A stretch of 64,000 nucleotides of DNA from Spirochaetia bacterium (GTDB lineage: Bacteria; Spirochaetota; Spirochaetia; SZUA-6; Bin103). The DNA is taken from assembly GCA_965199955.1 (NCBI GenBank), contig CBDATQ010000001.1:288001-352000 (forward strand), in the 5' to 3' direction. The notes beneath the pieces are model-generated. The model ran no database searches, was not told where the DNA came from, and saw only the letters and a list, made by a program, of their open reading frames with translations. Each line of letters opens with the position of its first letter. Within the stretch, counting starts at the first letter, position 1. The position numbers and the translations under genes were made by a program. Shown one piece after another: positions 9,373-18,828 of the stretch.

Positions 9373-10094
9373 AACGGATCGAGGTCGTCGAGGAGAGGAC
9401 TGACAGTCTGGAAAGCATCTTCGCCGCGTTCATGGCGCGCACCGACGCCTCCATGGCGCGGACCGAGGAGGCGATCGGGCGCCTGGAGCGCATCATCGAG
9501 CGCAGGGAACGGGAAGGCGCCCGCGAGCGGGAAGAAGCCGCACGCGCACGGGAAGAAGCGGCACGCGAGCGGAAAGAGATGAAGGAGCAGGCCGCCCGCG
9601 AGCGGGAAGAGATGAACCGGCGCTGGGGCGAGCTGGCCAACAAGATGGGGACCATCGTCGAGGACATCGTCGCTCCCAGCATCCGCCGCCTGGCCCGCGA
9701 GGTATTCGACTGTGGCGACCTGCGAGCGTTCTACACACGCACCGTGCGCACGCGCAGCGACGACCCCTCGCGCGAGCGTGAGTTCGACGCCCTCTACGTC
9801 GGGACGCAGGCGGTGCTGCTCAACGAGACCAGGGCAACGGCGCGCCCCGAGTACGCGCGGGCGTTCGTGCAGTTTCTGGAGAGCGGCCAGTTCGCGCAGT
9901 ACGTTCCGGAGTACCCGCAGTTGCCGATCGTGCCGGTGTTCTCGTCGCTGAGCATACCGGCCGATGTGGTCACGTACCTGACGCGGCGGGGCATCTATGC
10001 GGTGGCGATGGGCGACGAGGCCATGGAGGTGCTCAACCTGGACGAAGTGCGCCAGCGCAGCCCCGCACACGCTGACGACGCTCGGGGCGGCTGA
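9357..10094 (+). CDS. Coiled-coil repeat protein with C-terminal PD-(D/E)XK-like domain (DUF3782-like)
   Basis: AREREEA heptads, then WGELANKMGTIVEDIVAP...EFDALYV...LNETR. Confidence 0.75.
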   Translation: MATLTQRIEVVEERTDSLESIFAAFMARTDASMARTEEAIGRLERIIERREREGAREREEAARAREEAARERKEMKEQAAREREEMNRRWGELANKMGTIVEDIVAPSIRRLAREVFDCGDLRAFYTRTVRTRSDDPSREREFDALYVGTQAVLLNETRATARPEYARAFVQFLESGQFAQYVPEYPQLPIVPVFSSLSIPADVVTYLTRRGIYAVAMGDEAMEVLNLDEVRQRSPAHADDARGG

Positions 10095-10215
10095 GAGCCC
10101 CGCGCGGCGCGCCACGCGCATGAACGTCTCGTAGCTGCCGTCCAGGCCGTACTTTGTCTTTACGACCAAGTGCAGGCGCTCTTCAGCTTCAACGGGTTCT
10201 TCGTGCGGTTGGAAG
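10095..10215 (-). pseudogene. Possible IS21 IstA N-terminal fragment
   Basis: KNPLKLKSA / LVVKTKYGLDGSYETFMRVARR resembles the IstA HTH region (GSYxTxxR); frameshifted. Confidence 0.35.
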
Positions 10216-10311
10216 CGCTACGGCCCTGTCGTGCGCTATCACGGGTGAACCCTGCTGCGGATCGGCCATTTCGCGCCGGCCGCAATGACCCGGTGATGAG
10301 GAGACTGCGCC

Positions 10312-10449
10312 ATGACCCCGACGTTCGACACGCTGAAGGCCACCACGCGGTTGGCAGCGAGCGCCGGCGGCGCGACGGCTCGTTCCGCTGACGCGCCGCG
10401 CGTACCGTTCCGGATCACGGAAGCGTTGCGCCATGCACTGCTCAGGTGA
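10312..10449 (+). pseudogene. DUF1640-like N-terminal stub
   Basis: GAGGAG RBS; MTPTFDTLKATTRL; stop overlaps GTG of the next gene. Confidence 0.45.
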
Positions 10450-10820
10450 GCCCCGACGCATCGCCCGGCAGGTTGCGATGGTACCTGCTCACGTACTCCG
10501 TTGTGGTAACCGTGTACCTCGTGCTCGCGTTGGACGATGCGATGCGGTCCGCGATGGCGAGAGGGCTCGTGGAAGTTATGTACCATGCCATGACGCGCAC
10601 GGCATCTGTCGGCACCGCCTTGGCTGCGGTCATCGTCGGACTTGAAGGAGTTACCATGACGTTCTTGAAGCGCGAACGCGAAAAAGGTCGACGCGAAGGT
10701 CGACGCGAAGGTCGTCTCGAAGGGCTGCGAGAGCGCGACCGTCAGTGGAAGGACTGGCAGGAGAGACTCAAGAAGGATCCGGACGCGGAGCCGCCGCCAC
10801 CACCGCGGGATGACGACTGA
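10446..10820 (+). CDS. Small membrane protein with EGRREG repeats and Pro-rich tail
   Basis: Two hydrophobic segments; EKGRREGRREGRLEG; PPPPP C-terminus; resembles 29671-30195. Confidence 0.7.
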   Translation: MSPDASPGRLRWYLLTYSVVVTVYLVLALDDAMRSAMARGLVEVMYHAMTRTASVGTALAAVIVGLEGVTMTFLKREREKGRREGRREGRLEGLRERDRQWKDWQERLKKDPDAEPPPPPRDDD

Positions 10821-10864
10821 CGGCCGCATCCCGGCGATGGCCGGATAGGATGGAGGACCGGACC

Positions 10865-11005
10865 ATGGCCGTCACGATCGACACGCTGAGGGCAGCGACG
10901 CGGCTGCGAGAAAAGGCCGGCTTCAGCGAGAAGCAGGCAACCGAGCTGGTAGCGACGTTCGCCGACGGGTTCGTCGAGAACCTCGCGACGAGGGACGACG
11001 TGAAA
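10865..11005 (+). pseudogene. DUF1640/CCDC90-like protein, truncated
   Basis: MAVTIDTLRAATRLREKAGFSEKQATELV...LATRDDVK; similarity ends where the convergent gene terminates. Confidence 0.6.
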
Positions 11006-11018
11006 CCGAAGAGACTCC

Positions 11019-11831
11019 TTACGCGGACAGCGGGATGTAGCGTACCCCTGCGGCTTCCGCTCGCTGCCGATCGGCGGGGTCGATCCGCTGGCCGACGATC
11101 ACCGGCAGCGCGTCATCGCCGAACACCGCTGCCAGCGTGTCGGCACTCTGACGGCTGCGGCTGATGTCGGCGCCGTCGATCCGATTGGCAACCTCGACCG
11201 CGATCCAGACCGGGCCACGGTCGCGGCTGCGCGCCTGCAGGATGATGTCGGTGGCGAGGATGCGGTGTTCCTGCTCCCCGGTGATCCGCCCCTCGTCCGC
11301 GGCCTGCGCCACGCTGGCCTCGAAGTCATCGGGCGCCTGGTGCAGGGCGCTCTGCACGATCCGTCCGCGCCGCAATCCGAGGTGCTGACTCAGCAGCGGT
11401 CGGATCCTGCGGTGCGCGCGCATCTCCAGGTCGGAGCCCTTGAGATCTCCCACGTCGTTCACGAGGGTTCTCGTCGTGGTCTTCAACTCCGCGACGTCGG
11501 TCTTCAACTCCGCGACGTCGGTCTTCAATTCCGCGACGTCGGTCTTCAATTTCACGACGTCGGTCTTCAACTCCGCGACGTCGGTCTTCAACTCCGCGAC
11601 GTCGGTCTTCAATTCCGCGACGTCGGTCTTCAATTCTGCGACGTCGGTCTTCAATTTCGCGACGTCCTTCTCGATGCGGTCCAGCCGCGCCGGCATACCG
11701 AGAAACTCGTTGGTCAGCAACGCGCGCAACAGCAACCGCTGGGCGTCGGGGTTGGCGCGCAACTCCTCAATGATCCGCGCTACCAGCGACTCCGGATCCA
11801 GTTGCGATGAGCTGAGGGGCTTCGTGGTCAT
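11019..11831 (-). CDS. Heptad-repeat coiled-coil protein with C-terminal restriction-endonuclease-like domain
   Basis: 9x DVAELKT-type heptads; ATDIIL...IAVEVANRI...SRQSADTL. Confidence 0.78.
   Translation of the reverse strand: MTTKPLSSSQLDPESLVARIIEELRANPDAQRLLLRALLTNEFLGMPARLDRIEKDVAKLKTDVAELKTDVAELKTDVAELKTDVAELKTDVVKLKTDVAELKTDVAELKTDVAELKTTTRTLVNDVGDLKGSDLEMRAHRRIRPLLSQHLGLRRGRIVQSALHQAPDDFEASVAQAADEGRITGEQEHRILATDIILQARSRDRGPVWIAVEVANRIDGADISRSRQSADTLAAVFGDDALPVIVGQRIDPADRQRAEAAGVRYIPLSA
11478..11666. repeat. 21-bp coding tandem repeat x9 (GGTCTTCAAyTCCGCGACGTC)
   Basis: Directly visible; encodes DVAELKT. Confidence 0.95.
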
Positions 11832-11962
11832 GGCGGTGGCTTTCGGGTCGCCTGCCAACCTATCCACGGTGCGGTCGCGCCGTCAAGCCGACTCCTGGTT
11901 TGACAGCACCCGGAAACGGTGACGATAGAGCCGACGCAGCTTTCGTTCCTTACGCCTCTCAT

Positions 11963-12037
11963 TCGGCGGTTGCCTGCTCCGCCGAACCTGACCTATCGTT
12001 GGCGGGCACGGGAACGAAGGCATGGCTACGCTCACGC
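11963..12037 (+). repeat. 75-bp direct repeat, copy 2
   Basis: Identical to 9298-9372. Confidence 0.95.
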
Positions 12038-14055
12038 GGCCGCTGCGCACGACGACACTCTGTTTGGCAGCAGCTCTCCTTCTGGCTGTGGCCGGCTGCG
12101 AGGTGATGGTGTCGAACCGGGCGCCGGCGGCTCAGGGGGCCATCCCGGCGCCGTCACTCGACGGGAGCGCTTCCGCGTACCAGGTCGACGTCGGCCCCTA
12201 CTTCAGCGACCCGGACGGCGATGGGCTGACCTACGCGGCAGCGTCGTCGGACAAGACCGTGGCCACGGCCAGCACCGCCGGGAGCACGGTGTCGGTGACG
12301 CCGATAGCGAACGGCACGGCCACGATCACGGTCACCGCCACCGATCCGGACGGTCTGAGCGCTGCCCGGCAGTTCCAGGTGACCGTGACGAGCGGCATCG
12401 GTTCCAGGTACCGCGGGCACGGGGATCAGGTGTTCGTCCTGAATCCGAACGGAGAGAGCCTGGACAACGCGACATACACCCTGCATCTGGGCAACGCCGC
12501 GGCGGAGGTGTACGTGATTGCCACCAATGCCTCCGACTCCAGCCTGAATCCCGAGGTCGAGAGACACGAGCCACGGGACGACCATGAACCGCCGCCAAGA
12601 CCGGCGCTGAGCGGCCCGTCACCGGAGCGCGAGTGGATCGCGGCGTTCAACAACGCCCCGCCGTTGTCGGGCCGGTCGTCCGGCGCGCGAGCGCGACTGC
12701 GACCGCACGCTCAGTCGCAAGGATCGCGGAGAGGAGTCGCGGAGGGTGACCGATTCACCTTCGCCGATCTCGGCGATGGAGGAGTCATCCGGGTCCCGGC
12801 TACCGCCCGCAGGGTGGTCGCCGACGGCTCCACGACCGCGGCGTTCTGGGTGGCGGACCGGGATTGGGGGCCGAACTGCGCGGGCGCCGGGCCGTGCGTG
12901 ACCGGCGAAATGGTCGACGCGATGGCGGAACGGTTCCTCCGCCCCGGCGCCGGCAACGACATTCACGACTGGGTCACGGCGATTTTCGGGAGTCCGTGGG
13001 GTCCGCACGCCGACTCGGACCTGATTCCTCCGGAGTCCGCCCGCGAGATACACGTCCTGCTGTTCGACATCGAAGGGGACGGCGCCCCGCAACCCGGTGA
13101 ATGCCGAATCGTCGGGTACTACTGGGCTGTGCACAATTACCTGCAAGATCCCGATCATTCCCTGTTCGGTATCTCGGCCGAGCGGCTGATCTTCTTCATG
13201 GACTCGGCTTTCTATGCGATTCCCGAAGGTCCGACCTGGGACGTGACCGACCGCCGTCCGAGCATCGTCATCGGCACCCTGGCCCACGAGTTCCAGCACA
13301 TGATCCACTACTATCAGAAGCTGGTTCTGCGCGATGCCGGAAGCGAGACGTGGCTCAACGAGATGGCCTCGGAAGTGGCGGAGGACCTGATCGCCGACCA
13401 GATGATGGTGAGCGGACCGCGTGGGGTCGCCCATGACGATCCGACGGCCGGAGAGCCGGGTACCGGCAGTGGCCGTCTCCCCATCTACAACCTCTTCAAT
13501 GACGTGCAGGTCACCGCGTGGCAAGGCAGAATCGCCAACTACTCGATCAACTACGCGCTCGGCGCCTACCTGGCGCGCACCTACGGCGGCGCGGAGCTGT
13601 TCGGCGCGATCGTGCAGAGCGACCGCTCGGGCGTCGACGCGGTCGAAGCGGCGCTGGCGGGGCTGGGCCATGACGTCTCGTTCGGCCAGGCGTTGGCCGA
13701 CTGGGCGGTTGCCACCCTGCTGTCGGACAACACCGCCGCCCCGGCCCCGTACCGCTACAACCCCGGGACCTGGAGCACCTCGCGCGCCGGCGGCGAGCCA
13801 TTCCGCCTGGGCTCGATCAACCTGTACCACTACCGGTACGAGCCGCCGGATCCGGCGCCGGACTGCATCGGGACGGACCTGGCGGGCAGCACGGTTCAGG
13901 AGGGGCCGTACCTGCACTCCCTGACGACCTTCAATGCACGTACCCAGCCGCCCCATTCCAACATGTACGCCACGCTCGGACGCAGTACGGGAACCGTCCG
14001 TCTGGTCGTGAGCGCGGCGCCCGACAACCGTATTGCCGTGGTGGTCAAGGAGTGA
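12022..14055 (+). CDS. Lipoprotein with Ig-like domain and zinc metallopeptidase domain (M30/hyicolysin-like)
   Basis: Lipobox VAGC; YFSDPDGDGLTY Ig repeat; TLAHEFQHMIHY...WLNEMASE. Confidence 0.82.
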   Translation: MATLTRPLRTTTLCLAAALLLAVAGCEVMVSNRAPAAQGAIPAPSLDGSASAYQVDVGPYFSDPDGDGLTYAAASSDKTVATASTAGSTVSVTPIANGTATITVTATDPDGLSAARQFQVTVTSGIGSRYRGHGDQVFVLNPNGESLDNATYTLHLGNAAAEVYVIATNASDSSLNPEVERHEPRDDHEPPPRPALSGPSPEREWIAAFNNAPPLSGRSSGARARLRPHAQSQGSRRGVAEGDRFTFADLGDGGVIRVPATARRVVADGSTTAAFWVADRDWGPNCAGAGPCVTGEMVDAMAERFLRPGAGNDIHDWVTAIFGSPWGPHADSDLIPPESAREIHVLLFDIEGDGAPQPGECRIVGYYWAVHNYLQDPDHSLFGISAERLIFFMDSAFYAIPEGPTWDVTDRRPSIVIGTLAHEFQHMIHYYQKLVLRDAGSETWLNEMASEVAEDLIADQMMVSGPRGVAHDDPTAGEPGTGSGRLPIYNLFNDVQVTAWQGRIANYSINYALGAYLARTYGGAELFGAIVQSDRSGVDAVEAALAGLGHDVSFGQALADWAVATLLSDNTAAPAPYRYNPGTWSTSRAGGEPFRLGSINLYHYRYEPPDPAPDCIGTDLAGSTVQEGPYLHSLTTFNARTQPPHSNMYATLGRSTGTVRLVVSAAPDNRIAVVVKE

Positions 14056-14126
14056 TGCAAGTCGGCCGCGACCCGGTGCGCCGGGCACGTACGACGAGCG
14101 TGGCGCATCTTCGACCGGAAGTAAGG

Positions 14127-14345
14127 TCAGCGCTCGCGGTAGATGATGCGGCCCCGGTTCAGGTCGTACGGGGACAGGGCGACCTTGACGCGGTCGCCGG
14201 GCACGATGCGGATGTAGTGCTTGCGCATCTTGCCGGACAGGTGCGCGAGGATCCGGTGGCCGTTCTCCAGCTCGACCCGAAACATGGTGTTCGGCAGGGA
14301 CTCCCGCACGGTCCCCTCCACTTCGATCGCGTCTTCCTTGGCCAC
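14127..14345 (-). CDS. infA: Translation initiation factor IF-1
   Basis: [74 protein letters not shown] start with GAGGAG. Confidence 0.97.
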   Translation of the reverse strand: MAKEDAIEVEGTVRESLPNTMFRVELENGHRILAHLSGKMRKHYIRIVPGDRVKVALSPYDLNRGRIIYRER

Positions 14346-14587
14346 GAGCTCCTCGGCCCCGGAGTCTACGGAGGCCCGGTCGCCTCTGTCAACGGCCCGT
14401 CCGGGGGTACTTGACATCCCTTCGCGGGTACTCTTGGATAAAGCATCGCTGGTAGATGGCCGAAGATGAGCTTGTACGAGCTCGCTGGATGGTTGACACC
14501 TCGTGGGTGGTGTCGTCATACTACCGGCGATGAAACGGGGTGTGGGGGGCCGTTGGCTCATGGAGCCCCGAATCTAAGGAGGAAGTA

Positions 14588-15883
14588 ATGCGAAAGATCG
14601 CTCTTCTAACTATGCCGCTGCTGGTTTTCGGCCTCTTCTCCCTGTCAGCAGAGATGATGGTCGACCCGGCCGGCGTTACGGCGAAGGTCAGTGGTGAGAC
14701 CACGTTGACGTGGGGGCTGGATCTCGACTCGAACGCCACCGGCTTCACGAACGCGATGTCGACGAACCTAGAGGTGACCGTCATTCCGCAGACGAGTTCC
14801 GACACCGGGATGATGGACACGGACGACCTGTACGCGTACATCAAGCTGAAGGACTACAAGTGGGTGGCGAACAAGGACGGGGCCGCCACGACTGCGCCCG
14901 GCATCGAGACCAAGCTCATCATGGGTGCGTTCTCGATCACGACCTACAGCATGCCCACCATCAAGGTGGACTTCGTCGACCCGAAGGACGATGACGAGTC
15001 CGGGGATCCCGGCTACCCGGATTTCACCGATCTCATTACCGAGTACACCGGTAGCGGCGGTCTGACCTTGGGGTACAAGATCGATCCGGTGGACCTGAGC
15101 TTGGGCGTCATCTCCCAGAACGACTGGAAGGAAGATGCTGCAGACCCCGCGAATCAGGACATATCGGCGTGCCACATGCACGGCGACGATGCCGGAACTG
15201 TCATAGCCTGCCCGAGCGCCGACGATCCCGACCGCAACGACAACAACGCCTACGCATTCCTCGGGACCGTCAAGCTGGACATCGGCGACGATGCCGATCT
15301 GGAGGCGCGGGTCGCCTACGCGCATGAGTACGCGTCCGGAGGGTCGCCCATCGGCCTCGGCGCCAAGGCTACCTTCAACCTGGGCGACATCGATCCCCAC
15401 ATCGCCTTCGACGCCGCGGTCCCGCCGAACGGCGACAGCGTACCGTTCGACGTCGGAGCAGGCCTCAAGTGGGACATCTCGCCGAATGACGACAAGAGCT
15501 ACTTCGAGACGAACCTCATGATGTCCACTGTGGAAGGAGACGCGGATCAGAACCTGGGCATATCCGCGACCCTCAAGGAAGGTGACGCCGACACAGGTGC
15601 CCTGCTCGGCATGGGCGCTTCCCTGACGCTTGACCTCTACGACCTGACGAGTAAGGACAGCACGTGGGGGGTGAAGGTTGACGCCCACTACAAGGTCAAC
15701 GACATCAAGCCGTTCTTCAAGGTCGCGTTCAGCAACGCCGAAGACGCGGGGGCGGCATTCGAGGCCGGTCTCGAGCTGACGATGATCGAGCATCTGACGA
15801 CCACGCTCAAGTACGCGAGCGACGACATCACCGGCGGCGATGACAAGGGCGTCGTCACCGCTGCACTCAAGCTCAAGTACTAA
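14588..15883 (+). CDS. Outer-membrane beta-barrel, Msp/Tpr (major outer sheath protein)-like
   Basis: Signal peptide; SGETTLTWGLDLDSNATGFTN resembles MOSP_N; amphipathic strands; terminal Tyr; strong AAGGAGG RBS. Confidence 0.7.
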   Translation: MRKIALLTMPLLVFGLFSLSAEMMVDPAGVTAKVSGETTLTWGLDLDSNATGFTNAMSTNLEVTVIPQTSSDTGMMDTDDLYAYIKLKDYKWVANKDGAATTAPGIETKLIMGAFSITTYSMPTIKVDFVDPKDDDESGDPGYPDFTDLITEYTGSGGLTLGYKIDPVDLSLGVISQNDWKEDAADPANQDISACHMHGDDAGTVIACPSADDPDRNDNNAYAFLGTVKLDIGDDADLEARVAYAHEYASGGSPIGLGAKATFNLGDIDPHIAFDAAVPPNGDSVPFDVGAGLKWDISPNDDKSYFETNLMMSTVEGDADQNLGISATLKEGDADTGALLGMGASLTLDLYDLTSKDSTWGVKVDAHYKVNDIKPFFKVAFSNAEDAGAAFEAGLELTMIEHLTTTLKYASDDITGGDDKGVVTAALKLKY

Positions 15884-15914
15884 TAGAACTCGGTTCTTCC
15901 ACCGAACCGACGAA

Positions 15915-15940
15915 GGGGCCGCCCATATGTGGGCGGCCCC
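15915..15940 (+). terminator. Stem-loop terminator
   Basis: GGGGCCGCCCA-TATG-TGGGCGGCCCC, weak U-tract. Confidence 0.65.
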
Positions 15941-16118
15941 TCTCACATTGCAGGCCACGCGGCCGGGGGTTCGGCTTGACCGCCTTCGTCAGAACGGGAG
16001 ACTATAGCCGCGTCTCCGTATATGACGATCGCGCGAACGCGGTAGCCGCAGAGCCCGGTGCCAGCGTGCAAACTGCTTGAAGATCGTGTAACCTCGTTGG
16101 TTGGTGGAGGTACCCCCT

Positions 16119-16649
16119 ATGAGAAACAGACTCGCGCTCGTCGTCGTGACCGTCGCGGCCATCGGACTGGTGTTGGCCGGATGCCGCAGTGGGCCGGGAA
16201 CGGACACGATGATGGCAAGCATCGACGGCACATGGGTGTTCCACGGCTTTTCGGCGGTGATCGCCACGCCGGACGTTACGGTAACGGTTGGCGACGGGAC
16301 GACGCCCTTGGGTCCGGATCTACTCGCGAACGTCACCCGGATCGTGGCGAAGGCCAAGCTCACCGCCGTGGCGGGGACCACCTACATGCTGGCGTTGACC
16401 GAAGGGGACGACGCGATCGGCGTCACGCTGGCGGCCGGCGCGTCGCCCGATTTGGAGGCAGCGGCGATAGGGACGATAAGGGGCTTGGCTCAGGATGGAG
16501 ATGTCGACATCACGGTCAGCGACGACAAGATGATGATCACCGTCAACGGCTCGTTCCTCACTATCCTGGCGCAAGCGCTCGGCATGCCGGCGCCGAACGA
16601 GGGACTGGCAGGCTGCAAGGACGCTCCCTGCAGCAGGACGGCGTCATAG
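16119..16649 (+). CDS. Hypothetical lipoprotein
   Basis: GGAGG RBS; MRNRL...VLAGC lipobox. Confidence 0.75.
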   Translation: MRNRLALVVVTVAAIGLVLAGCRSGPGTDTMMASIDGTWVFHGFSAVIATPDVTVTVGDGTTPLGPDLLANVTRIVAKAKLTAVAGTTYMLALTEGDDAIGVTLAAGASPDLEAAAIGTIRGLAQDGDVDITVSDDKMMITVNGSFLTILAQALGMPAPNEGLAGCKDAPCSRTAS

Positions 16650-16681
16650 TCGGGGTTCCCTGGCGCGCGCGGTAACGAGCA

Positions 16682-17146
16682 TTACCCGTCCCCCGCGTCT
16701 TCGTGGATGGCGACCGCCCGCAGCCGGAAGGAGCTGACAGCCACCACGCTGTCGAGTATGCTGGCGCTCGTCGCTCTCAGGGTCAGCACGAACATGCCCT
16801 TCCGGTAGCCCGGCTGGATCGCAACAACGTGACGGTCGCCGCTGTTGTCGCTGAAGTGATACGTCAGCGGCACGGCCGACCACGCCATGCCGTCGGTGCC
16901 CAGGTCGATCTCGGCGGTTACGGTCCCGGCGGCGACGACCCTCTCGGTGATCTCCGGCATGGCGAAGGTCGCGACCGCGACCGCACTCTGTCCATCCGGG
17001 ATCAGCCTCGTGTCAAAGTCGTTCACCTTCGGGATGAACGTCCGCGACGCCACGTGCGCGGCCGGCCCCGGCGTGGTCCCGTCGCAGCCGACCAGCAACG
17101 TGGCCAGCAGGGCCGCGGTTACCAGCGCCGGTACCTTCGCTTTCAC
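16682..17146 (-). CDS. Hypothetical lipoprotein
   Basis: GTG start, KAKVPALVTAALLATLLVGC lipobox. Confidence 0.72.
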   Translation of the reverse strand: MKAKVPALVTAALLATLLVGCDGTTPGPAAHVASRTFIPKVNDFDTRLIPDGQSAVAVATFAMPEITERVVAAGTVTAEIDLGTDGMAWSAVPLTYHFSDNSGDRHVVAIQPGYRKGMFVLTLRATSASILDSVVAVSSFRLRAVAIHEDAGDG

Positions 17147-17247
17147 GGAGGCGAGTATAGGGGGACGCGCCAAGAACCGCCAGATCCGAGTTCCCGGAGC
17201 GGCGCCGGTTTTGCGCGTCGGGTCATCGGGGGCGTACAATCGACGGC

Positions 17248-18723
17248 ATGCGATTGACAATGCGGAGCGGGAGCCCGACGACGGACGCGTGCGACGCCCT
17301 GGTCGTCCTGGCAGCCGGAGACAAGGGACTGAGCGGTCCCGCGGCAGCCGTTGATGCGGCGGCGAACGGCGCGCTGGCGTCGGTTCTGGCGCTGGGGGAC
17401 TTCGATGGCATGGGCAAGTCCACCCGGCTGGTGCACGTGGGAGAAGGGCTGAGGGCGCAGCGCGTGCTGCTGGTGGGCGCGGGCGGCGGTGACGACTCCG
17501 CAGAGAGCGGACGCCTGGCCGGCGGCGCCGCGATCCAGGGCCTGTCCGGCATGACGATACGGACGGCGGTCGTGGTGCTGCCGGAGCGGGCCGACGCCAC
17601 GTTCGTGCAGGGACTCACCGAGGGGCTGGCGCTCGCTTCCTACCGGTTCGATCGCCATCGGACGATCCGGGAATCGGAGACAGCCGTGGAGTCGGTCACG
17701 CTGTTGGCCGCCACGGAAGAGGATGCCCGCGCCCTGCAGGCGGCGTTCGACCGGGCCGTGATTCTCGGCGACGCCACCGGTCTGGCGCGCGATCTGGTCA
17801 ACGAGCCTCCCAACCACCTGACGCCCACGGCCCTGGCCGACCGGGCGGTAGAGGTGGCGGGCGCTCACGGGCTCCGGAGCCGGGTGCTCGGTCCGGCGGA
17901 GCTGGCCGATCAGGGTTTCGGCGCGCTGTTGGGCGTGGCGCAGGGGAGCGCCGAGGAGCCCCGCTTCATCGTGCTGGAGCATGGTGGCGAGGACTCGGGC
18001 GCCGCGCCGCTGGTCCTGTTGGGCAAGGGGCTGACCTTCGACAGCGGCGGCCTGTCGATCAAGACCGGCAAGGGCATGGAGGACATGAAGATCGACATGG
18101 GCGGCGCCGCCGCCGTGCTCGGCGCCATGCAGGCGATCGGCCGTCTGGCCTGCCGCCAGCGCGTGGTGGGGCTGATCCCGGCGACCGAGAACATGACCGG
18201 TCCGCGCGCGCAGCGTCCGGGCGACGTGGTCCGCTCCTACGGCGGCGTCACCATCGAGGTGCTGAATACCGACGCCGAGGGCCGGTTGGTGATGTCGGAC
18301 GCGCTGGGCTACGCGGCGACGATGAAGCCGGCGGCGGTGGTGGACGCGGCCACCCTCACCGGCGCGGTGGTCACCGCGCTCGGCCACCACGCGGCCGCGC
18401 TCCTCGGCACCGACGAGCCGCTGATGCGCGCGATCGAGGCCGCCTCCGCCGCGACCGGCGAGCGGGTCTGGCGGCTGCCGCTCTGGGACGTGTACGACGA
18501 GCCGCTGAAGAGTAAGGTGGCCGACATCAGGAACATCGGCGACGGCGGGGCCGGCACCATCATCGGCGCCGCCTTCCTGAAGCGGTTCGCGCGCTACCCG
18601 TGGGCGCACCTGGACATCGCCGGCACCGCCTGGGACGTCAAGGACGTGAGCTACCACCCGAGCCGCGCAACCGGCTACGGCGCTCGCCTGTTCGCGGAAC
18701 TGGCGGCCGGCTGGGGAAGCTGA
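17248..18723 (+). CDS. pepA: Leucyl aminopeptidase (M17)
   Basis: GKGLTFDSGGLSIK, MKIDMGGAA, NTDAEGRL, ATLTGA, WAHLDIAG. Confidence 0.96.
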   Translation: MRLTMRSGSPTTDACDALVVLAAGDKGLSGPAAAVDAAANGALASVLALGDFDGMGKSTRLVHVGEGLRAQRVLLVGAGGGDDSAESGRLAGGAAIQGLSGMTIRTAVVVLPERADATFVQGLTEGLALASYRFDRHRTIRESETAVESVTLLAATEEDARALQAAFDRAVILGDATGLARDLVNEPPNHLTPTALADRAVEVAGAHGLRSRVLGPAELADQGFGALLGVAQGSAEEPRFIVLEHGGEDSGAAPLVLLGKGLTFDSGGLSIKTGKGMEDMKIDMGGAAAVLGAMQAIGRLACRQRVVGLIPATENMTGPRAQRPGDVVRSYGGVTIEVLNTDAEGRLVMSDALGYAATMKPAAVVDAATLTGAVVTALGHHAAALLGTDEPLMRAIEAASAATGERVWRLPLWDVYDEPLKSKVADIRNIGDGGAGTIIGAAFLKRFARYPWAHLDIAGTAWDVKDVSYHPSRATGYGARLFAELAAGWGS

Positions 18724-18828
18724 AGGACCTTGTTCGAGCCGCCCGGCCTACGCGTTCGCCTTTGTCTGAAGCGCCAGCGCCGTTCCGTCGGTGTCTTGGG
18801 TGAGACCGAGTCATCACAGGAGGTACCG

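Noticed and set aside
11478..11666. Possible CRISPR array
   Set aside because: Head-to-tail 21-mers without spacers, in frame within a coding region
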